Assembly: GCA_946965045.2 (NCBI GenBank)
Contig: OX337241.1
Span: 496,001 to 560,000, forward strand
Length of the DNA: 64,000 bases
DNA from: Epithemia pelagica
Lineage: Eukaryota > Protista > Bacillariophyta
Reading direction: 5' to 3'
Positions within the stretch are counted from its first letter, which is position 1. Each line of letters begins with the position of its first letter. This document shows, in pieces, positions 55,919 to 64,000 of this stretch. Under the pieces are notes generated by a model. It worked only from the letters and a program-made list of their open reading frames with translations. It was not told the origin of the DNA and did not search any database. The position numbers were made by a program, and so were the translations under genes.

Positions 55919-56526
55919 GCTCACTCTTCCTTTTGTTGACCGCAGCCCATTTATGCCATTGTTTGTTTCGCGTCGTTCGTGTAGAGATCGCGCAGCTAAG
56001 CTCGCTTCGCTCGCACGAATTATTTTTGTCGCTGCGCTCCACCGCTATGGTATTGGTGCCATTTTTTTACGCAGAAGACACAATCCTATATCCTCTGCGA
56101 GATAGAAGATGATGATCTAGGAGTAGGATACAGGCCTTGTTCGCGGATTCCAAGGAGCATAGACAATGAACATGAGGGACTTGGGTACCGGCGAGTAAAC
56201 ACAATGCCAGTTTGTGAGCAATAAGGAATTCGGTACCAGCTTCACATATGGATACTAACTGGGAGTACTACACTACTAGCTAGTGTTGTTGCGTTTGGCA
56301 CTGCATCTGGTGCTCTGGAAGGAATTTTCGAAGCACTCCGCGCGAATGTATCGAGACAAAGAGTAGTGGGTGGGCTCGCGCGCGCCACGCTTCTACGGTT
56401 CATTCAGACGTTATGGCGCTGTGTTGGTCGGTTGGCGAGCACATCTCATTTTTTGGCCATCTCCAAAAAAGCGCACGAGATTCTCGCATCTGTGGACGAT
56501 CGTCGCTCAACCATTCAATATCTTGA

Positions 56527-59511
56527 TTGGATTCTTGTCTTGTCGGATTGAGTGTGGCTTGTGACGATTCTCTTTGCGTACGCTGTGAAAAAGATTGGCA
56601 TTCGAAGGACGGCGATTTCGAAAGTTGTGAATTCTTGAGAGAGATTGTGGAGCGAAACAAGATGTACGCCATGGCCTATCGCATGCTCCAGGCACGGGCG
56701 GATGCCAAGGAGAAGAAGAAGAAAAAGAAACAGAGACCAAGTTTCTCTTCCAAGGCTGAAGGATCGTTGTCATCGTCGTCATTTTCCACCAAGGAACCCT
56801 GGGATGACTTGCTGGCCACTGCTCGAAGCACCTCCATGGCCGAACACAAGTCCTCATCCTTTCGTCAGTCTCAGTCCAGCCACAACAGTCGTCGTCGCGG
56901 TTCCTCCTTTCGACGACGATTGTCTTTGGATAGTACCACGACGATCTCATCAGCTTCCGTTCCTGGAGGACCATCGTCCATGGACGTTTCTTCTTCTTTG
57001 CAACCCGAAGAAGCACCCCTCCCAAAACCGGAGGCAGCCTCTCAGCACCGACTGGGTCGTCGTCGACGATCCTCTCTCTCGAGTGCTTCCACGTCCTGGA
57101 ACGAAAATGAGGGTGTTTTGATTCGTGGCAGTGCGTCATGGAAACCCGATCGCGAGGGTGTCATGCTCGATCCTTTGTATAATGGGTCGATGCAACCCGA
57201 TGACGACGACGAAAATCGTGATGATGACGATCGGGGAATGGTCGACCACGTTCGACAGACCTATACCAGTAGTCGACGAGGGAGTGGTGGTAGAATGGAA
57301 CGCCGAGGATCAACGGGAGGTCTCTCGTCGTTCCATCGTTCCAACAAGGAAACGCGAGAACAAGTAAGCCGAGAACGGGCCCAAAACCTCTACCAAAGAT
57401 TGGAAGCCACGGATCGGGATACTTCCTTACACAAAGTCCCAACCGCAGACGATGACGATAGCAGCAGCCACTCTCGAGGAAATGGTAAAATGGAACGCAG
57501 AGGATCAACGGGAGGGCTTTCGTCGTTCCGTCGATCCAATAAGGAAACACGAGAGCAAGTCAGCCGAGAACGGGCCCAAGACCTCTACCAACGATTGGAA
57601 GCCACGGATCGGGATACTTCGTTGCACAAAGTGCCAACCACAGACGACGAGAACAACAGTCAGTATCGAGGAAATGGTAAAATGGAACGCAGAGGATCAA
57701 CGGGAGGACTGCCGTCGTTCCATCGATCCAACAAAGAAGCTCGAGAGCTAGTAAGCCGAGAACGTGCGCAAGACCTCTACCAACGATTGGAAGCCACGGA
57801 TCGCGATACTTCCTTGCACAAAGTCCCAGCCACAGACGACGACGACAACAGTCAGTATCGAGGAAATGGTCGAATGGAACGCAGAGGATCAACGGGAGGA
57901 CTGCCGTCGTTCCATCGATCCAACAAGGAAACACAAGAGCAAGCAAGCCGAGAACGTGCGCAAGACCTCTACCAACGATTGGAAGCCACGGATCGCGATA
58001 CTTCCTTGCACAAAGTCCCAGCCACAGACGACGATGATGACAGCAGTAGAATGAGCAAAATAGAACGGAGAGGATCGACGGGTGGTCTCGCGTCGTTCCG
58101 ATTCACAACAAAAGACGAACGAGAGCAGGCAAGCCGAGAACGTGCGCAAGATCTATGTCAACAATTTGAAGCTGCCAATCCCTTGTCTCGTGACACTTCC
58201 TTGAACAAGCTTGAAGACTACGATTCCCTTCAGTCTGGAAGCAGCAGCCACAAACTGGAACGGAGAGGATCGACGGGATCCTTCCGATTGCAACCGTCCA
58301 AGGAAGCACGAGAGCAACAAAGCCGAGCACGTGCTCAAGATCTGTGCCAGCGATTGGAAGCCGCAGATCCCATCTATCGTGATACTTCCTTGAACAAAGC
58401 AGCCACCATGGATGACGGCGACAAACACATTCGAAACAAGAGCAAGTTCAAACGACGTTCATCCATGGTACAGTCCATGCATACACGTGTCCTGAATGAC
58501 CCCTTGTTGACAGATCGGGAACGCCGTGACATGGAAGCTAAACTGGTAAGTATGGATTCCCAGTCCTCTCTGGCTTCCGCACAAGGCCTTGTCGTGTACG
58601 AACCATCCGCCGAACCCAAGACGAAACCATTTTCCCAAACCACGCCACAACATTCACCACGCGGCCGCATGTCCCGACGTCAATCGACGGGTGCCTCCAC
58701 ATCATCGAATTTACCACTAAATGCTTCCATGGATGATGACGACGACGACATGAGTGTTGGGTCTTTCATGAGTGCCCCCCGTTCCTTGCAACGCTGTGTC
58801 CAAGAAAATGGCGATGGCATTTTAGTTCTGGACAAGACCCGAATGGAAGTACCCGTCACAACGCCCCCTAGTCTATCGCGAGCCGACAGTTCTTGTTCGC
58901 TCGTGTCGGACGATTATGCAGAATATGAAGCGGCTCAAAAAGGCAACCGCAGTCGCTCGCGTCGTCGGTTCCGGAGTCGTTCTTCTTCGAGATCCAGAAA
59001 ACCCTCGTACACGGGCGGCACCATGGCATGGACCGAGCCTCGACCACCGACCGTGGGGTTACTGGACCAATTCGATCAGAATCACATTCTGGATAATAAT
59101 AACAATGATGGTCCAGCAGTGGCTCGAGTTTTGACCTATGGTTCCACGAACGATGAATCGCAAGGTCTTCCCTTCAGCAGCGACAATGACAAGAAACAGC
59201 ACGACAGGGAGGAACAAGTGTCTCAAACGAATAGCACTTCAAGATTGGCTACAATGCCTCGTCGACGATCGACAGGGCCGGCGCCAATCGAAGAACCGGC
59301 ACCCAGCACACAAGAAGGAGGAGAAGTGGTGGCCCATCCGCAAGAACCCTCCGATTCCATGGAGTCCTATGCCGTGGAATATGACAGCACCCGACGGGAA
59401 CGACTGCGCAACCTGTTGCAATATGTGGCACCCCTTCCAACACATCCAACAACGACAACAACAACAAGTACGCCCGCTATCAAGGCATCCACGCCATTTA
59501 AAATCTCTTAG
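56527..59511 (+). CDS. Large disordered protein with six 64-aa tandem repeats and many RRxS motifs (5' end uncertain)
   Basis: 994-codon open frame; first ATG at 56662, and an upstream exon is possible. Confidence 0.7.
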   Translation: MDSCLVGLSVACDDSLCVRCEKDWHSKDGDFESCEFLREIVERNKMYAMAYRMLQARADAKEKKKKKKQRPSFSSKAEGSLSSSSFSTKEPWDDLLATARSTSMAEHKSSSFRQSQSSHNSRRRGSSFRRRLSLDSTTTISSASVPGGPSSMDVSSSLQPEEAPLPKPEAASQHRLGRRRRSSLSSASTSWNENEGVLIRGSASWKPDREGVMLDPLYNGSMQPDDDDENRDDDDRGMVDHVRQTYTSSRRGSGGRMERRGSTGGLSSFHRSNKETREQVSRERAQNLYQRLEATDRDTSLHKVPTADDDDSSSHSRGNGKMERRGSTGGLSSFRRSNKETREQVSRERAQDLYQRLEATDRDTSLHKVPTTDDENNSQYRGNGKMERRGSTGGLPSFHRSNKEARELVSRERAQDLYQRLEATDRDTSLHKVPATDDDDNSQYRGNGRMERRGSTGGLPSFHRSNKETQEQASRERAQDLYQRLEATDRDTSLHKVPATDDDDDSSRMSKIERRGSTGGLASFRFTTKDEREQASRERAQDLCQQFEAANPLSRDTSLNKLEDYDSLQSGSSSHKLERRGSTGSFRLQPSKEAREQQSRARAQDLCQRLEAADPIYRDTSLNKAATMDDGDKHIRNKSKFKRRSSMVQSMHTRVLNDPLLTDRERRDMEAKLVSMDSQSSLASAQGLVVYEPSAEPKTKPFSQTTPQHSPRGRMSRRQSTGASTSSNLPLNASMDDDDDDMSVGSFMSAPRSLQRCVQENGDGILVLDKTRMEVPVTTPPSLSRADSSCSLVSDDYAEYEAAQKGNRSRSRRRFRSRSSSRSRKPSYTGGTMAWTEPRPPTVGLLDQFDQNHILDNNNNDGPAVARVLTYGSTNDESQGLPFSSDNDKKQHDREEQVSQTNSTSRLATMPRRRSTGPAPIEEPAPSTQEGGEVVAHPQEPSDSMESYAVEYDSTRRERLRNLLQYVAPLPTHPTTTTTTSTPAIKASTPFKIS
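57289..58430 (+). repeat. Coding tandem repeat, ~192-bp unit x6
   Basis: GKMERRGSTGGLSSFHRSNKETREQVSRERAQDLYQRLEATDRDTSLHKVP... AATGGTAAAATGGAACGC recurs at 57481 and 57673 (offset 192). Units 1-4 are near-identical and 5-6 are diverged. Confidence 0.92.
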
Positions 59512-60160
59512 ACAAGATCGGGCGCACTCCAATGACTACGACAGACTCAAGCAATACTACGGGGATCCCTTGGCATGATCTGTTTTGTTTACACACAGTT
59601 AAATAACTACTAGGGGTAGGGACTTTTTCAAAATACAGTGCTCTTTTGAAGCTTACTCCGAGCACGAAATATAGAGAGTTGCAATGACAGTGGGATGGCT
59701 GAGATAGAATAGCTAGGTTGGCTACTTTTTATGTCGTGGATCATTCCTCAGTCGCGCAAAAGAAGCATGACACACATACGCAGGGACATGCGTTGACTTT
59801 TCGAACGAGCGAATAAAACGCCGAGAGAGTGCCCTTCTTTTCATTTTGGAAACAGTGACAAGGAGCAGGGAGTGAATGAGAGAGAGAGACACACACACAC
59901 AAGAATGTGCATGGAGAACATCTTGGTCACCGCCAGAGACAAGAAACTGCAGGAGATTAATCATTGATAGAGTCAGAAAGAGGGCGATAACTTCCAAGGA
60001 GACAAAAACGGCCGAGATCGTTGAGAGCATTATAGAAACACGATACAGTGTCAACAAGGCCATCTCAAGTCTACACATTGGACAAGGCCTACGATAATCT
60101 CTTTTCAAGGTGCTAAACGAAGTTTGGATCAATCAGAACGTTTGAATTGCACGAGTTGCC

Positions 60161-63100
60161 ATGAATCCACCATTATCCGAAACGGCGACGACAACGACAA
60201 CATCAGGCTCTGCTTCTTCAGTGACACAAGACGAAGGAAACCAAACGACTATTCGTCGAATGATCTTGAAATTACCTTCTACCAAACATGTCCTTCAGTC
60301 TTGGAAAGTAAGTTCTGGATCGCCCGTTCGACAAGGAGAAACAGTGGCTCTCTTGAAAGAACAATCATCCGTTGACAACCAAGCAAGTGCCGGCACTTCT
60401 TCTACTGCTTCAGCACCATCGGCAGCGCCTCCTCGTCACAAGAGACCTACCAAACGTAGACGACCCGTTCCAAAAGCGGGAGCATCGTCTACAAACACGT
60501 CCACAACAGCAGTAACAGCAACAGCCACCAGCAGCGCCACCACTTCCTTGCCATCTTCGTTGTTAACATTTGGACGAAATGACAGCAACGAAAACAACAA
60601 CAGTACAACGAACGACACTACAACAACACCAAAGCTCTCGGAACCCTCCTCCTCCACCACCACGGTTTCCAAGGAGGGGACGGGGAAACCGGCGGCTGGA
60701 ACCACATCCAGTAGTAGTAGCACCAAGCCATCAACCACCATTCCTGTAATGGCTCCCATGAATGGAATCTTGCACATTGCCTCTAGTACAGACGTACCGC
60801 TACAAATTGGATATGTTCAAACCTGTGATCATCCTACCATTATTGACGGAGGTTTGTGTGTCTTGTGTGGACTCAAAGTCACGAAACCGTCTCGTTCCGG
60901 CTCGGGACAACCAGGAGACGGTGCGAAAGAGCAGGTGGAGGAGGGCGATGCCGACGCTGTCGTGTCGTCGGGTCCTCAATCTACGGTCACTGTCGCTGGA
61001 GGATGGACTGTCCGCATTTCAGAATCGGAAGGACAACGCATGGCACAACAACAAGTCCAACGACTGCATACGGCACGCAAATTGTCCTTGGTTTTGGATT
61101 TGGACCATACCTTGGTGCATGCCACACACGATGCACGGGCACAACCTCACTTACAGGATCGAATGGATGTCCGATCCTTGGTCCTGACAGTCCCCTGTCT
61201 CGTCCCTGGACCCACAACCACCAACTCCTCCAATGAAAGTCAGGAGGGCGGAGGTCCGGTCATGTTGTTGACGCACTACATAAAAATGCGTCCGTACTTG
61301 TTTGAATTTTTGGATCGGGTTCAACCCTTGTATGAATTGGGAGTGTACACAGCCGGGACACGACAATATGCCGAACAAATGACCATGTTGTTGGCACGAC
61401 ATTATGTCTTGTGGTCCAAAACCAAGGAAGCACAGGAAGGACAACAACAACAACAACAACAACAACAGAAGGAAGCAATAGATCAAACCAACAACAAGGA
61501 CAGTGACAGTGATAAAGCCTCCATCATTGATTCAAAGGACAAGAAAGTCACTGAAGTTTCTCCGTCACCTGCCATGAAATACGACACGACCGATTTGGAA
61601 AGGTTACATGGTGAGTTGTTACATAAAAACCATCTCTTGGAACAATGGCGACATGAATACAATGCCAAGCAACCGAAAAAGACACAAGAAGCCACGCCCC
61701 AAGAAACTGTCAAGGACGAAGGGATATCAAAAGAAACGGTCTGGAGTGACACTGGCCCACCCGAGGAATCACAAGAGAAGAATGCAACCTCCACAACAAT
61801 AGCTTCGGAGGGTTCTGCTTCAACCAGTTCCGTGGAACAAAGTAGGAAACGTAAGGATGAGGGGGAATCGGAGAAGCAAACATCATTGGACGATACAAAC
61901 GAGGAACCACCCAAAAAACGAAAGCGCGTTTCCTTTGGGAGCACCGAAGTGAAGGAGATTGACCCTTCAGAGGGTAAAGTAACTTTAAAGGACATTGAGG
62001 AATTGGAGGAACATGTGCGAAAACTCAAGCAAGAATGGACTGATGCCACTAAATTAGAACAAGAAGCCCTCGAAGTACGACAGCGATTATTTGGGGGCCG
62101 TATTGTATCAAGAACAGATACAATGGGGGATCTTGGACGCGATGCAAAGAGTTTGCATCGAATGTTTCCGGGTACCAACGGTGGTGACATGGCGGTCATT
62201 GTAGATGATCGTGAAGATGTTTGGGCCAATGGCCTAGTGGCACAACGACAACAACAACTGTCGTCTTCGTCATCATCAAACGCTCAAGATCAAGGCACAC
62301 ATGCGGGCGAACCTCCTGACAATTTGCTTTTGGTAAAGCCCTACCATTGGGGACCCTTTTCAGGATTTGCCGATGTGAACAATGCTTCTGGAACTGACTG
62401 GTCCAAGCAAAATGCTCCTTCTGGGACCGAATCAGCTTCAACAAGTGAACAGAAACAACAACATCCGTCAGACAATAACAAAAAGGTGATGGCTCCGACT
62501 ACGGTGAAGGAGGAAGATGACGAACAACTATTATGGACGGCAGACATCTTGCATCGTATCCACAAAGCATACTACGAAGACCACAAAAACGACGTCAATC
62601 AAACGGTACCAGCAGTGGTTCGAAAACTACGGAGTGAAGTGTTGAAGGGAAGCGACGTCCTTTTATCTGGTCTGGTACCACTTCATCGACAACAACCCTC
62701 AACGGATGGCAACACAAGAATCAGACGCCCTCGCCCGCAGTTTATTCGGTATGCAGAAACTCTGGGTGCCAAAGTGTCCTCGCAAGTTCATTCGGACTTG
62801 ACCCATGTGATAGCGGCGAAGGAGGGAACCGAAAAAGTCCTCGCAGCCCGTCAACAAGCTCCCAATTGTTCCATCGTGAAAGCATCATGGATAATGGAAT
62901 GCGTGTGGAGCTTCACCTTGCGGAATGTTGAAACGCACTTGTGGCCGTTACTGTTGTCCACCAGCCGGATCAATGATGAAAGCAAACGTCGCAGTCAGCA
63001 CCTCAACCATTTAAAGCCTCTGATTGAGAATTTGACGGAACCCAAACCATTAAAGCCAATTCCTCCCGTACAAGACAATGACGCTACAAACGCAGTTGAT

Positions 63101-63304
63101 AAGGTCACAACAAGCATAACATTTGAAGCGGGAACGGGTGATGAGACGAAGGATGTGGCTAATGAATTCAATGTTGATTCCGACATTATCTATGGTTTGG
63201 AGCGTGAAGAGAACGAAGAAGACGGCGAAAACTATGATGATGACGACGACGACGATGATGATGATCTTGCGGCCGAATTTGAACGGGAAATGTGGGATGG
63301 TTGA
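60161..63304 (+). CDS. FCP1: RNA polymerase II CTD phosphatase FCP1/CPL-like
   Basis: N-terminal biotinyl-lipoyl-like segment, CDHP...CVLCG, catalytic LVLDLDHTLVHAT (DxDxT), VIVDDREDVW, a BRCT domain (LTHVIAA...W..EC.W) and an acidic C-terminus. Confidence 0.9.
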   Translation: MNPPLSETATTTTTSGSASSVTQDEGNQTTIRRMILKLPSTKHVLQSWKVSSGSPVRQGETVALLKEQSSVDNQASAGTSSTASAPSAAPPRHKRPTKRRRPVPKAGASSTNTSTTAVTATATSSATTSLPSSLLTFGRNDSNENNNSTTNDTTTTPKLSEPSSSTTTVSKEGTGKPAAGTTSSSSSTKPSTTIPVMAPMNGILHIASSTDVPLQIGYVQTCDHPTIIDGGLCVLCGLKVTKPSRSGSGQPGDGAKEQVEEGDADAVVSSGPQSTVTVAGGWTVRISESEGQRMAQQQVQRLHTARKLSLVLDLDHTLVHATHDARAQPHLQDRMDVRSLVLTVPCLVPGPTTTNSSNESQEGGGPVMLLTHYIKMRPYLFEFLDRVQPLYELGVYTAGTRQYAEQMTMLLARHYVLWSKTKEAQEGQQQQQQQQQKEAIDQTNNKDSDSDKASIIDSKDKKVTEVSPSPAMKYDTTDLERLHGELLHKNHLLEQWRHEYNAKQPKKTQEATPQETVKDEGISKETVWSDTGPPEESQEKNATSTTIASEGSASTSSVEQSRKRKDEGESEKQTSLDDTNEEPPKKRKRVSFGSTEVKEIDPSEGKVTLKDIEELEEHVRKLKQEWTDATKLEQEALEVRQRLFGGRIVSRTDTMGDLGRDAKSLHRMFPGTNGGDMAVIVDDREDVWANGLVAQRQQQLSSSSSSNAQDQGTHAGEPPDNLLLVKPYHWGPFSGFADVNNASGTDWSKQNAPSGTESASTSEQKQQHPSDNNKKVMAPTTVKEEDDEQLLWTADILHRIHKAYYEDHKNDVNQTVPAVVRKLRSEVLKGSDVLLSGLVPLHRQQPSTDGNTRIRRPRPQFIRYAETLGAKVSSQVHSDLTHVIAAKEGTEKVLAARQQAPNCSIVKASWIMECVWSFTLRNVETHLWPLLLSTSRINDESKRRSQHLNHLKPLIENLTEPKPLKPIPPVQDNDATNAVDKVTTSITFEAGTGDETKDVANEFNVDSDIIYGLEREENEEDGENYDDDDDDDDDDLAAEFEREMWDG

Positions 63305-64000
63305 TGAAAGTCCCACCAGTGGAAATGAGTCTGAGTCCAGTCGTTTTAATCCGACGCCTGAGCAACAGAGCTCGGCGTTCTTTTGAAGATGTATCACACC
63401 GTCGGCAAAAGCCAGATGCATCATCAGCTTTGCGCGTGACGTCGTCGATTGTCACAGCAGTCCCGTACGGGGAACATGGCACATTGACTTTGGTTCTGCA
63501 GTATCATTATCCCCGTACTCTTCAAGCACAACGCCATATTCGGTGTCTAACACGTCTTCCCCGGCTTCGACAGGTTTTCGAAGAACATCCGATGAAGCAG
63601 ATTGGGAGATTTGGAAAGGAACCTACGATTATCTGAAGAATCATAGCTTCCAGTTCACTATTTGTAGGCTCGAGGAATAGGTCAGCAGCGAAGAGGATCT
63701 GCATCTTTGACTTCCAAAGCTTGCCAATTGCTGAACGATTGCTCTTCCTATACTTTTGCCTGAAATATTGAACTCATGCGCTAAGATAAAACTACAAACC
63801 GGAGAACCGTGCCACTCTAGTATTGTTCATTTCGAGGAACGTATCAACACGCATCGCATCCTCGTTGTCCAAGAGGGCGAACATCGATCCAACTAAAACA
63901 TGTATGACATTGCTCTATGTATAATGTTTATTCCATGTATATCGATCGAGCTGTCAAGCTCATCATGTACGGACTACATGAGACATGGGTGGATTGGGTA

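Noticed and set aside
63400-63770. GKSIGRAIVQQLASFG on the minus strand as an SDR fragment
   Set aside because: The frame closes quickly and no catalytic YxxxK or other SDR motif could be assembled.

Overview
Eukaryotic nuclear DNA, most likely from a pennate diatom. This is inferred from short GT-AG introns, poly-Q/T/D low-complexity proteins, a DUF6824 gene, a bipartite plastid-targeting peptide and a CoDi-type Copia element. The window holds about 11 ordinary genes: OSCA/TMEM63-like channel (5'-truncated), bacterial-type AhpC/TSA redoxin, PPR protein, plastid FNR-like oxidoreductase, cytochrome b5-like protein, DUF6824 protein, porin-like beta-barrel, FkbM methyltransferase, MGAT2, an RRGS-repeat protein and FCP1 phosphatase. 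The dominant feature (9.5-41.6 kb) is a cluster of 8 paralogous Cys-rich four-TM claudin-like genes plus one 5' fragment. They share intron positions and have 5-17 nt first coding exons; two copies are frameshifted. Inside the cluster are a young, intact 6,285-bp Copia LTR retrotransposon, a palindromic array of CCCTCGG-ended TIR elements with a 1.6-kb tandem duplication, and a mosaic of gene fragments (claudin-like 5' end, argD, membrane protein). The Copia element has identical LTRs and a 6-bp TSD, and it splits a 346-codon host ORF. Its gag and pol are in one frame separated by a single TGA, and its PBS lacks TGG and matches the D-arm of initiator tRNA-Met. Further right are an internally deleted IS630/Tc1/mariner-like element, a duplicated MGAT2 3' end and a kelch pseudogene. 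No rRNA, tRNA or CRISPR array was seen. All calls come from reading the sequence by eye; no database search was run.
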